DNA of 43,533 nucleotides from Candidatus Pacearchaeota archaeon. GTDB lineage: Archaea; Nanobdellota; Nanobdellia; Pacearchaeales; GW2011-AR1. The position numbers and the translations under genes were made by a program. Positions 10,020 to 19,168 of the stretch are shown piece by piece. The notes under the pieces are model-generated. The model worked only from the letters and a program-made list of their open reading frames with translations, had not been told where the DNA came from and ran no database searches. Each line of letters opens with the position of its first letter. The first letter of the stretch is position 1. The stretch lies in the NCBI GenBank assembly GCA_017608405.1, contig JAFCFX010000002.1, positions 1 through 43,533 of the forward strand, read 5' to 3'.

Positions 10020-10487
10020 ATGAAGATTAAAACTCATAGTGAAATTGAGGAAAGAATTTGTGATTTAAAAGAGCAAGGTAAAAAAATTGTGGGCGTTACA
10101 GGAACTTTTGATTTGTTTCATGAGGGGCATTTAGAGATTTTAATCCAAGCAAAAACTCAAGGTGATTATTTAGTCGTGGGATTAAATTCAGATAAATCTG
10201 TAGAGTTATATAAGGGGAATGGTCGTCCAATAATCAAAGAAAAATCTAGAGCGAGGATATTATCTGCATTAGAATGTGTTGATTATGTTGTGCTTTTTGA
10301 TACGCTAGAAATTTCAATCCCTTTGGTGAATTTGATTAAGCCAGATGTTTATGTTGAGGGTTCAGAATATGGGGAAAATTGTATAGCAGCAGAAGCTTTG
10401 AAGAAATGTGGAGGTCGTTTGTATTTGGTTGATAAATTTGAAGATATTTCTACTTCTGGTTTGATTAAGAAAATTAAGAGATTGTAA
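10020..10487 (+). CDS. Cytidylyl/adenylyltransferase (RfaE domain II/TagD-like)
   Basis: GTFDLFHEGH, VGLNSDKSV..KG.GRPI, VDYV, ISTS; start 10020 by TATA spacing. Confidence 0.9.
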   Translation: MKIKTHSEIEERICDLKEQGKKIVGVTGTFDLFHEGHLEILIQAKTQGDYLVVGLNSDKSVELYKGNGRPIIKEKSRARILSALECVDYVVLFDTLEISIPLVNLIKPDVYVEGSEYGENCIAAEALKKCGGRLYLVDKFEDISTSGLIKKIKRL

Positions 10488-10526
10488 TATAATAATCCTT
10501 ATTAATTCTAGTTATTAGGTTATTTT

Positions 10527-11258
10527 ATGTCTCAAGATAGAATTTCTGCTGGAAGTTTTGATTTAAATAAATGGCTTTTTGGAGGATATGAAAAAGGGGT
10601 AATTAGTATGATTGCAGGACCTCCTGGAAGTGGAAAAACTAATTTTTGTATTTTAACTGCTTGTAGTCAGGCAAGAAAAGGGAATAAGGTTATATTTATT
10701 GATACAGAAGGAGGTTTTAGTCCAGAAAGAGTTAAGCAAATTGTTGGGGAAAATTATACTAATATTTTGAAACATATCTTACTCTTAGAACCAAAGAGTT
10801 TTGATGAACAAAAAAAAGTTTTTACAAAACTTTTAGAGAGAGTGAAGAAAGAACATGTTTCTTTAATAGTAGTTGATGGCATGGCTATGCTTTATAGATT
10901 AGAATTAGGAGATGCCCTTAATGTTGGAGAAAGTGATACAATTAAGGAAGTTAATAGGGAAGTTGCACAACAGATGAGGGTTTTAGCTGAAATTGCAAGA
11001 GCTCAAAATATTTCTATTATTATTACTAACCAAGTGTATAAAGGATTTCAGTCTGAAAGAGATTGGAAACGAGGCAAGCAAGCTCAGATGAATCTTGTTG
11101 GAGGAGATCTTTTCAAATACTGGAGTAAGTGTATTATTGAATTAAAAGTAGAAGGAAATAAGAAAAAAGCAGTTCTCTTAAAACACAGGAGTTTACCTAG
11201 AAAGGAATTTGTGTTTGAGATAAAAAATAAAGGGATATTTAGGAAGCGTTGGATGTAA
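10527..11258 (+). CDS. radB: DNA repair and recombination protein RadB
   Basis: GPPGSGKT, IDTEGGFSPER, TNQV, KHR motif; no RadA N-terminal domain. Confidence 0.93.
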   Translation: MSQDRISAGSFDLNKWLFGGYEKGVISMIAGPPGSGKTNFCILTACSQARKGNKVIFIDTEGGFSPERVKQIVGENYTNILKHILLLEPKSFDEQKKVFTKLLERVKKEHVSLIVVDGMAMLYRLELGDALNVGESDTIKEVNREVAQQMRVLAEIARAQNISIIITNQVYKGFQSERDWKRGKQAQMNLVGGDLFKYWSKCIIELKVEGNKKKAVLLKHRSLPRKEFVFEIKNKGIFRKRWM

Positions 11259-11262
11259 TTAG

Positions 11263-11292
11263 TAAATAATCATCTGGTTGTTTGTTTTTTAG
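11263..11292. repeat. Palindromic site 1 of a four-copy family
   Basis: TAAATAATCATCTGGTTGTTTGTTTTTTAG; 19 bp identical to 12435-12453; 23/30 identical to 12268-12297. Confidence 0.75.
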
Positions 11293-11362
11293 ATTGAGTA
11301 ATTTAATCAGAACACTTGTATCTTACACTATCAATTTCAACATTTTCCAATCTTGGGCGTTA

Positions 11363-12232
11363 TTATACTATTTTGCTTTTATCTTCAACCAAATACCTTA
11401 TAATATTATAAGCATCATTTTGCTTTACTTTAAGTTGTATTAAAGGAGTTCGCAATCTAAATAAGCTAATACCTTTAATATTAAGATCTTTGTGTATTTT
11501 TAATATCATTTTAATAAAGGAATTTATTCTTTTTCTTGTATAATCTGCCTGATAACATAGTGTATCAATTTCGTGAATAAGTTTTCCCACATCCGCATGA
11601 GGGTCTGAAAATTTCATTTCATCTAAATCAATAATATATATTTTTCCTTTATTAGATACTAGAAAATTGCCAAGATGTGAATCTCCGTGAATTAAACTAA
11701 TCCATTTCGGAACATATTTTTTTACTCTTTTTTTTAATAAATTATATTCTCTTTCTTCAATTTTTCCTTTTTTATATAATCTTCTGGAATGTTTTAATAG
11801 TTTCATCTCATCTAAAGAATCTTTTCTAAGAACATACCATTTAGTTTTTTTTAAGTCAACATGGTGTAATTTTCCTAATAAAATAGCGACCCCTTTTAAA
11901 TATTTTCTTAAATTTTTAGATCTTTCTTCGATTAATGTCCTAAGAGATTTTCCATCTATGTATTCTTGAACAATTTCTTTATTTTCAATATCACTAAAGA
12001 TAATCTTCGGGGTGGGAATTTTTGAATCAACTAACTTATGATTAAAAACAGTTTTTTTAACTTCTTTCTTAGTTTTATAAAATTTTAAAACATAATGTTC
12101 TTTTTTTTTCTTGTGAACAATTAAAAGATAGACTTTGTTAACATATCCTCCACCAAGTAAAGAAAGTTCGTATTTTATTCCCTCCTTAGAAAGTTTTTTC
12201 AAATAGGTTGATTTTGGCTTGGGAACATGCAT
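11363..12232 (-). CDS. Aminoglycoside phosphotransferase/choline kinase family protein
   Basis: GGYVNKVY, VLK, LGKLH, HGDSHLGN (Brenner motif), IDLD. Confidence 0.85.
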   Translation of the reverse strand: MHVPKPKSTYLKKLSKEGIKYELSLLGGGYVNKVYLLIVHKKKKEHYVLKFYKTKKEVKKTVFNHKLVDSKIPTPKIIFSDIENKEIVQEYIDGKSLRTLIEERSKNLRKYLKGVAILLGKLHHVDLKKTKWYVLRKDSLDEMKLLKHSRRLYKKGKIEEREYNLLKKRVKKYVPKWISLIHGDSHLGNFLVSNKGKIYIIDLDEMKFSDPHADVGKLIHEIDTLCYQADYTRKRINSFIKMILKIHKDLNIKGISLFRLRTPLIQLKVKQNDAYNIIRYLVEDKSKIV

Positions 12233-12268
12233 TGTTTAAAGAATGTTTTAAGATTTATAAAACTAACC

Positions 12269-12355
12269 AAACAATCAGGTAATTGTTTATTTTTTAGTTT
12301 TTCTTTATTCTCTATGTTTTATTATTGGGGGTAGATTATTTACTCTCTTTTTCTA
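12269..12355. repeat. ~86-bp direct repeat, copy 1 (begins with palindromic site 2)
   Basis: Near-identical to 13239-13323 (2 substitutions, 2-nt indel in a T run). Confidence 0.92.
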
Positions 12356-12427
12356 ATTCTATTTCTTATTAATAAAATATTATTGCTAATTCTTGATTAA
12401 AGTTGTTAAAAATTAATTGTTTTATCG

Positions 12428-12457
12428 GACAGTCTCATCTGGTTGTTTGTTTTCTAC
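12428..12457. repeat. Palindromic site 3 (left arm degenerate)
   Basis: TCATCTGGTTGTTTGTTTT identical to 11270-11288. Confidence 0.75.
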
Positions 12458-12496
12458 TATAATAATCTTTATTAACCATAGGATAGAAATATTGAT

Positions 12497-13231
12497 ATGG
12501 GTAAAGCTGATAAGGTTTATGGTATGATTGAAAGGGCAAAAAAACCTTCAAATGCGATAACTTATGTTTATTTCTCGCTATTGAATAGATGGCATGATGA
12601 TTTTGGTGCTAAAATTCCTACTTTTGGTTTTGAACTGATGAAATCTATGTTTGAAAAAGTAGAAGACATAAGAAATTTAGATTTAAGTGTTGATGAATCA
12701 GATAGATATTTTCATGGTTATCTTGGACTTATCTCTGGAGAAAGTGATGAAGAAGTTAGGCAGGGAATATGCAAACTAGAAGATATTGCAAGAATTAATC
12801 CTTTTGAAAAAGCTTTTTTTGAGGATGCAGAGAGAAGGTTCAGAAAAGAATGTGTTTGGGAATACAAAGTTAGGGGTGCTACAGAATTAGATTCTTTAGG
12901 AGAAGAGCTTGTTCAATTTTTTCAAGTTAGAGAACATTATAGAAGGGAAGATGGACATGAACCAACAAAAAAACAAAAATATGAGGTTAGACAAATATTT
13001 GTAGTTAAAGAACCTTTGATTTTAGGTAGTAATTTGGGAATAGCTAATGAAGAAATTAGAAAATACTTTGAGAATCTTGAAGGGATTCCCTCGCTTTTTA
13101 GTGGTGTTAACTTTAATGTTCCTAAAAATTTTGATGTTGTATCAGAACTTGGGCTTAAACCATTACTTAAAAAGAAACTTACTTCTGATGATACCTTCTC
13201 AGGATTACATCATTTCGTTGTGCAAGGATGA
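12497..13231 (+). CDS. Hypothetical protein flanked by direct repeats
   Basis: 244-aa ORF; TTTATTAA 29 nt upstream; no family recognised. Confidence 0.75.
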   Translation: MGKADKVYGMIERAKKPSNAITYVYFSLLNRWHDDFGAKIPTFGFELMKSMFEKVEDIRNLDLSVDESDRYFHGYLGLISGESDEEVRQGICKLEDIARINPFEKAFFEDAERRFRKECVWEYKVRGATELDSLGEELVQFFQVREHYRREDGHEPTKKQKYEVRQIFVVKEPLILGSNLGIANEEIRKYFENLEGIPSLFSGVNFNVPKNFDVVSELGLKPLLKKKLTSDDTFSGLHHFVVQG

Positions 13232-13238
13232 ATTTTCT

Positions 13239-13323
13239 AAACAACTAGGTAATTGTTTATTTTAGTTTTTCTTTATTCTCTATGTTTTATTATTGGGGGT
13301 AGATTATTTACTCTCTTTTTCTA
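13239..13323. repeat. ~86-bp direct repeat, copy 2 (begins with palindromic site 4)
   Basis: TAAACAA-CTAGGTAA-TTGTTTA followed by sequence matching 12269-12355. Confidence 0.92.
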
Positions 13324-13409
13324 TGGTTTTTTTAATTAAATTAATACAACCCCCAAGTAACAATAAACTAATATAAACTTCTAATGCTTTATTTTAAAGA
13401 GGTGTTTCT

Positions 13410-14615
13410 ATGCAAGATATTCGCTTTGAAGTAATAAAGAAAATAGCACAAACTAGATTTAAGTATAAAAATATTGGAAAAATATCTAAATTAAATAGTA
13501 GTTCGCCTCCTAGTGTTTTTATTGGGAGTAAGTTAAAATATCCTTTAGTAAATGTTGGGATTTTATCTCCATTAGAGCGAGATGAAGATGCTTGGGTTTA
13601 TGATGATGCTAGATATTGGGCAAAAGAAGATTTTAGTATTCATGATGTTGTTAGGCTGAGAGACAACCTTTTGAATTCAAGGTTTCAGAGTAAGGTTCAG
13701 GATTCTAGGTTGAATAAAAAGTTTGTGCAAATTGCTCAAGAAGTTGCATTAGCAAGTAAGCCAGTAGATGTTGAGATTGAACTTAAAAATAAAGTTAGTT
13801 TAGGAAGAAAAAAAGATAGGGTTATTACTCAGATGGGTATGAGGGCAGGATTAAAAAAGGCTAGAATCACAGAGAATGTTAAAATAGATAGAAAGGTAGA
13901 TAAAGTTATTAATGATGAAGTAAAATCCTCTGAAGGATTAGAGTATCTTTATAAAAATAAATTTTCAGAATATGTTCTTTCTAAGATTTTGAGTGTAGGA
14001 GTTCTAGGATTAAAGAAGAATAAAAGATTAGTTCCTACTAGATGGAGCATCACTGCTACTGATGATACTATTGGAAAACAACTCTTGAAAAAAGTTAGAG
14101 ATTATAAATGGCTTGAAGATTTTGAATTCTTTTTTGGAGAGTTTATGGGAAATCAGTATATGTTGATATTTTTTCCAGGAGTTTGGAATTATGAATTATT
14201 TGAACTATATTTTCCTGGTTCTAGTTGGAATCCGACTCAAGAATTAAAAGCTTCCACTGATTTTGAATTGTATTCTGGAAGAAAGACATATGCTTTTGCA
14301 ACAGCAGGGGGATATTATGCAACGCGCCTTCCTATTTTAGAATATTTAAATAATATTAGGAGACAAGCTAGTGTTTTAGTAATAAGATTGGAGACTGTTA
14401 CTTATTGGGCAGCACTAGGGGTTTGGGTTGTGAGAGAGTCTGTTAGAAAAGCTCTTGCGAGAGGGAAAATAAAATTTGATAGTAAAGAAGAATTATTAAA
14501 TGGTGCTAAGAAGATTGCCAAAATCAAGTATGATTTTGATGTAGGTCAAGTTTTAAAAAAGAGTAAATTACTAGAGCAGGTTAATACTCAGAAGAGGTTG
14601 GTGGAGTGGTTTTAA
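13410..14615 (+). CDS. nreA: Nre family DNA repair protein
   Basis: SPPSVFIG..YP.VNVG, RLVPTRWSITATD, GGYYATRL, LGVWVVRESVR, C-terminal PIP box QKRLVEWF. Confidence 0.93.
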   Translation: MQDIRFEVIKKIAQTRFKYKNIGKISKLNSSSPPSVFIGSKLKYPLVNVGILSPLERDEDAWVYDDARYWAKEDFSIHDVVRLRDNLLNSRFQSKVQDSRLNKKFVQIAQEVALASKPVDVEIELKNKVSLGRKKDRVITQMGMRAGLKKARITENVKIDRKVDKVINDEVKSSEGLEYLYKNKFSEYVLSKILSVGVLGLKKNKRLVPTRWSITATDDTIGKQLLKKVRDYKWLEDFEFFFGEFMGNQYMLIFFPGVWNYELFELYFPGSSWNPTQELKASTDFELYSGRKTYAFATAGGYYATRLPILEYLNNIRRQASVLVIRLETVTYWAALGVWVVRESVRKALARGKIKFDSKEELLNGAKKIAKIKYDFDVGQVLKKSKLLEQVNTQKRLVEWF

Positions 14616-15125
14616 TAATTTTGGTTTATCTTTGGCATTTGAAAGCTGATGAAATGCCTAAAATAGTAGATTATCAAATAGGGCAACCAAAACCAAAAGT
14701 CCTCAAACCAGAAGAAATTCTTTTACCCTCAGATATAAAGAAGATGATTCAAGCTTGTTCTAATTCTAGAGATAAAGTTCTAATCTCCATTATGTTTGAA
14801 AGTGCTTGTAGGGTAAGCGAGATAGTTAACCTAAAAATTAAAAATATTTTAGTAGATGGGTATTGGATTAAAGTATCAGTAAAAGGAAAAACAGGAGAGC
14901 GAAATATAAGGTTAATAGATAGTGTTGGTTACATTCAAAATTGGATAAATGAGCACCCAGACAGAAAAAACAAATAAATTCACAGAACAACTAATGCACA
15001 CGCCAATATCTTCAAACACAGACACAAGTCAAGGGATGATGGAAACACTATATCAAACAATGAAGAATAACCTTTTAATGCTGGAAAAGTTCAAAGAGAT
15101 TTTAAAGGGAAGTGAGGAGAAATGA
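14606..15125 (+). pseudogene. Tyrosine recombinase relic (N-terminus and HxxR/Tyr region missing)
   Basis: SRDKVLISIMFESACRVSEIVNL, KGKTGER; stop at 14977, then out-of-frame tail TEQLM...LLMLEKFKEILKGSEEK* (14982-15125). Confidence 0.85.
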
Positions 15126-15142
15126 AGTTTAAAAAATAGTAT

Positions 15143-15883
15143 TTAATTAATTAAACCAAGAAATAACACAAATAAAATACCCGCAATTAAAGAAAATATT
15201 GTTGCATGGCTCCAGTTAGAATCACATTTATTGCATGAGGTAGGAATCAACTCATCACTAGAAATATAAATCATCAGTCCTGCTGTTGCAGCCATTATTA
15301 GGCCCATAAACTGTAAAGGGATATTAGTAAAAATGAATTTTCCTATAAAAAATCCAATTAAAAGAGGAATTGCAGTTGATGAAGAAAGTAAAAAAGATTT
15401 TAGTCTTTTTTTGCTGTGTGCATAATAAGGAGCACTTGTACAGATTCCTTCAGGGATATTATGAATTGCTATTGCTAAAGCAATCACCAACATTGTTGAA
15501 CCTTCCACTACTGCACCAGACGCCATAGCCATTCCTTCTGGGAGATTATGCAAGAAAATTCCTAGGATTAAGTAAAGAGATGTTTTCTTTAATTTTTTCC
15601 CTTGCTCTTGAGTTCCTAACTCTGGGTGGATATGTGGGATTAGTTTATCCAAACCAAACATAACAGTTGCTCCGAGAACTAAGCCTATTCCGGAAATCCA
15701 AATTGAAGAAAGATTAAGACTTTCAGGAATTAATTCTAAAAAAGAAATTGCAAGCATAACTCCTGCTGCAAATGCAAGCATGACATACATGAAACTCATA
15801 GAAGGTTTTTTCAAAACTCCTATTAAAGAACAAATAATAGGACCTAACACACTGATAATTAAAATTACATACACCTCTTGCAT
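15143..15883 (-). CDS. ZIP family metal transporter (ZupT/GufA-like)
   Basis: FAAGVML, PH.H, LHNLPEG, IHNIPEG, DELIP. Confidence 0.93.
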   Translation of the reverse strand: MQEVYVILIISVLGPIICSLIGVLKKPSMSFMYVMLAFAAGVMLAISFLELIPESLNLSSIWISGIGLVLGATVMFGLDKLIPHIHPELGTQEQGKKLKKTSLYLILGIFLHNLPEGMAMASGAVVEGSTMLVIALAIAIHNIPEGICTSAPYYAHSKKRLKSFLLSSSTAIPLLIGFFIGKFIFTNIPLQFMGLIMAATAGLMIYISSDELIPTSCNKCDSNWSHATIFSLIAGILFVLFLGLIN

Positions 15884-15982
15884 GGTTAGATATATGAAAT
15901 AGTTTTTTTAAATCTAACTAAATATTTTATGTTTATTTTTTCAAAATAAAAAATTTAAATAGTTAAGAATTTAGAGGAGTAT

Positions 15983-16783
15983 ATGGAAAAAAAGGGGCAA
16001 GTTACTATTTTTATTATAATTGCAATTTTGATTATTTCAGCTATACTTCTTTTATTTTTTTTAGAAGGAGATGCTTTAAAGAGTTATTTTGGTGGAAAAT
16101 CTAGTGAAATTTCAGCTTTATCCAGGGAGGCTAATATTGTTAAAACTCATGTTGATAATTGCTTAGAAATATCTTTAGAAGAAACTATTTTTATTAATAG
16201 TTTACAGGGGGGATATTACAGGGTTCCTAAAGATTTAAAAGTCTTTTTTCAAAATTCCAATTTATTTTGGGATATTCCTTATTATTGGATAGATGAAGAA
16301 ACTTTGATTCTTTCTCAAAGCACACTAGAAAATCAAATATCATTGGGGGTCATAAATGAAATGAAAGGTTGTTTAAATTTTTCTAGATTTTCTTTTGATA
16401 CTAGGTATTCTTTAGAAAGAATGGAAGTGGAGACTTTAATTAAAGAAGAAGAAATTTATCTAAATGTTTTTTTTCCTGTTTCAGTTAAGGTGGGGGATTC
16501 TGTATCTTTGTTAGAAGAATTTGAAATTAGGGTTGACAGTAATTATCTCTCTTTTTATAACCTTGCTGTTGATCTCATTAGTGAACAAAAACAACACATA
16601 GATTCCCTTTGTATTTCTTGTTTGGGAGATCTTTCCCATATCTATGACATAGAAATAAGTACAACAGAAGTTTTTGATGATTTTGATTATATAATCATTT
16701 ATTACCTTAAAAAAGAAATTTCCAAAGAAAAATCATTTGAATTATACTCGTTTGCACATAAATTTAAATTAGAGGAGTTGTAA
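15983..16783 (+). CDS. Class III signal peptide (pilin-like) surface protein
   Basis: MEKKG/QVTIFIIIAILII prepilin-like cleavage motif; TAATG coupling to next gene. Confidence 0.75.
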   Translation: MEKKGQVTIFIIIAILIISAILLLFFLEGDALKSYFGGKSSEISALSREANIVKTHVDNCLEISLEETIFINSLQGGYYRVPKDLKVFFQNSNLFWDIPYYWIDEETLILSQSTLENQISLGVINEMKGCLNFSRFSFDTRYSLERMEVETLIKEEEIYLNVFFPVSVKVGDSVSLLEEFEIRVDSNYLSFYNLAVDLISEQKQHIDSLCISCLGDLSHIYDIEISTTEVFDDFDYIIIYYLKKEISKEKSFELYSFAHKFKLEEL

Positions 16784-19167
16784 TGGAGAGATCAATAATA
16801 TTTGTTGTGGTGTTTGTTTTATTAATTGGTTTTATTAGTGCTAGCCCTTTTGCTACTATTGGTATGCAAGGATTAAGTATGGCTAGTTCTGAAGCTGCGG
16901 AAGCTATAAGTTTAATTATTTGTGCATCAAATCCTATTGTTTGTTTAGAGGGAAAAATTATTGGAGCAGTCCAAGGAGAAGCTATGGGGTTGTTAGCAGA
17001 TGCAAATCCAGAAGCCTATAATGCTGTTGTTACATATAATCAAATCCAAGGTTATGTAGATTTGGGTTCAGAAATTACAGAGGAATTGCAGATTAATGAA
17101 GAAGGTCAAATACAAGAAGGAACAATACAATTTTCTAATGAAGAAGAAAGTGAGATAGGGAACTTAGTTGGAGAAGATTTTGATCAGGATGATATCTCTG
17201 TTAAAGGTATTGAATTTACTAAAGAAGGAAATAATAGTATTTTTGTATTTACAGAAGATGAAAGCAGTATAAATATTAAAGGACACAAGTTTGAAAATAT
17301 CCAAGCCCAATCAGAATCAAAACACCCAACATATGTGGAAATAAATAACAAAGGAAAAATTTTGGGGGCAGATTTTACTACAAATGATAAGGGAGATTTT
17401 TATACTATTAACAATGATAAAATATATGTTCCCCCAAATTCAAGATTATTTTTTAATGGTGAAAAAACGGAGATACTGGTAAAAGAGGGGGGTCAATTAG
17501 AAAAATTCCCAGAATTAATAGACTCTGATTTACAAGGAAATATAATAGAGATAACCGGAAAAAACATTAAGTTACCTGAAGAGTATGTTGTATTGAATGA
17601 AGGTAAAATAACCTATTTTGATGGAAAACCTTTTATTAAAGAAGGGGATACTGTTTTAATTAATGATTTTGTTATGAAAGCGACTGATGAAGATGTTGAA
17701 TTGAGGTTTGGTGGAAGGAGTTTATTTTCATGGGGAGAAGAAAAAGGAAATTTTGTTAGAATAAAAAGAGACGAGGTAATCTTTAATGGAAAGGGTGTTT
17801 TTGAATTTAATCCTGGAAATTATGTTGAAAGATATGACAAATTTAGTAATGGGTATTTGAGATTAATGGAACTGCCAGAATCTAACAGGCCCATACAACT
17901 AGGCGATAGGGGAAAAAAGATTAAACTAATCCAAAGACTTGTTGGAGTAAAAGAAGATGGGGTTTTTGGAGAAAGCACGGAAAGAGCACTTAAAATATGG
18001 CAAGAGGAAAATGCAATACGTATTGATGGGAAGTTTGGGCAGAACTCCCTAGAAAAAGCTTTAACTTCTGATTCTACTAGAAATATAAAATTAATCCCTA
18101 AAAACGGGAAAATATTGGTTGTAAGGAAGGAAGGTAAATTAAACATAGATTTCAATGGAGATTCTATTTTTGGAATTGGATCTAAAACATTTGAAATAAA
18201 CAAAGGAACTAAAAATGAATATTTAAAGGACCTATCTTTATCAAGAGCAAATAATGAGAGATATTTCCAAAGAGGTGATAAAGGAGAAGATGTTAAGTTA
18301 ATTCAAAAGTTGGTTGGTGTAGAAGAAGATGGAATCTTTGGAAGAGATACTGAAAGGGCAGTTAAGGAATGGCAAAAAGAAAATAAAATAATGGTGGATG
18401 GGAGGTTTGGTCAACAATCCTATGCTACTTCTTTTAGAGGAGAGGCAGTTTATAAAAAAATTAAGAAAGGAATACTCAATAATTTAGAAGTTCCAGTAGA
18501 GTTAACTTTAAGAGATGGGAAGGGGGAAAAAATAAGTGTTTTATTAGAAGATCTTAATGGTCGTTTTTCCTATAAAGGATCTAAAAAAAATATTGTTGAA
18601 AGTTTTGTTACTAAAACTGTTTTGTCTTTTGTAGATTCATCACTTAATACTTTAGGATTTAAACAAGAATCTCCTTTTGCATCTGATTTTTTTACCCATT
18701 ATTTGGCAGGGAGAGGAGATTCTTTGAAAGTTGATATTCCAGGTGAATGGAAAGACTGGATAATTAGTGAGGTAGGAGACAAAACAGGGACTTTTAGATT
18801 AAATCCTTATGACTCAGAAATTTTTGATTTAAAAAATTCCTTGGGATATTTTGATGTGGAAGTACTTGAGAATGAAGATGGTTCTAAAATTTTTAAATTA
18901 CATGATAAATATGAATTTGCATTTGCAAAGAATGATCTTTCTGAAAAAGGAAGACATGGTTTTTCAGTAGGAGAATTAGATGAAGAAACAATAAAAAAAT
19001 TAAACGAAAAGTTTTTACCTAAAAGAACATTTGCAAACCCTGGTGGGTTTGAAGAAAGATTTGAAATTAAAACTATTGGGGATAAAACCTATTTCTTTAT
19101 TCCCCAAGAATGGTTAGATGAAAATGGTTATCCTTATACAATAGAAGGAGAATTTAAAATAGTATAG
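16783..19167 (+). CDS. Secreted protein with two peptidoglycan-binding repeats and a putative colicin M-like C-terminal domain
   Basis: Signal peptide; two G.RG..VK.IQ..VG...DG.FG..TERA.K.WQ..N....DG.FG repeats (~17890-18060, ~18263-18425); C-terminal HYLAGRG..LG..DKYEF..RHG. Confidence 0.75.
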   Translation: MERSIIFVVVFVLLIGFISASPFATIGMQGLSMASSEAAEAISLIICASNPIVCLEGKIIGAVQGEAMGLLADANPEAYNAVVTYNQIQGYVDLGSEITEELQINEEGQIQEGTIQFSNEEESEIGNLVGEDFDQDDISVKGIEFTKEGNNSIFVFTEDESSINIKGHKFENIQAQSESKHPTYVEINNKGKILGADFTTNDKGDFYTINNDKIYVPPNSRLFFNGEKTEILVKEGGQLEKFPELIDSDLQGNIIEITGKNIKLPEEYVVLNEGKITYFDGKPFIKEGDTVLINDFVMKATDEDVELRFGGRSLFSWGEEKGNFVRIKRDEVIFNGKGVFEFNPGNYVERYDKFSNGYLRLMELPESNRPIQLGDRGKKIKLIQRLVGVKEDGVFGESTERALKIWQEENAIRIDGKFGQNSLEKALTSDSTRNIKLIPKNGKILVVRKEGKLNIDFNGDSIFGIGSKTFEINKGTKNEYLKDLSLSRANNERYFQRGDKGEDVKLIQKLVGVEEDGIFGRDTERAVKEWQKENKIMVDGRFGQQSYATSFRGEAVYKKIKKGILNNLEVPVELTLRDGKGEKISVLLEDLNGRFSYKGSKKNIVESFVTKTVLSFVDSSLNTLGFKQESPFASDFFTHYLAGRGDSLKVDIPGEWKDWIISEVGDKTGTFRLNPYDSEIFDLKNSLGYFDVEVLENEDGSKIFKLHDKYEFAFAKNDLSEKGRHGFSVGELDEETIKKLNEKFLPKRTFANPGGFEERFEIKTIGDKTYFFIPQEWLDENGYPYTIEGEFKIV

Positions 19168-19168
19168 G

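Noticed and set aside
11263-13323. Repeats considered as a CRISPR array
   Set aside because: Irregular, gene-sized spacing and no cas genes
17890-18425. Internal DNA similarity in the 794-aa gene
   Set aside because: Corresponds to the two peptidoglycan-binding repeats, not a mobile or DGR repeat; no reverse transcriptase in the window
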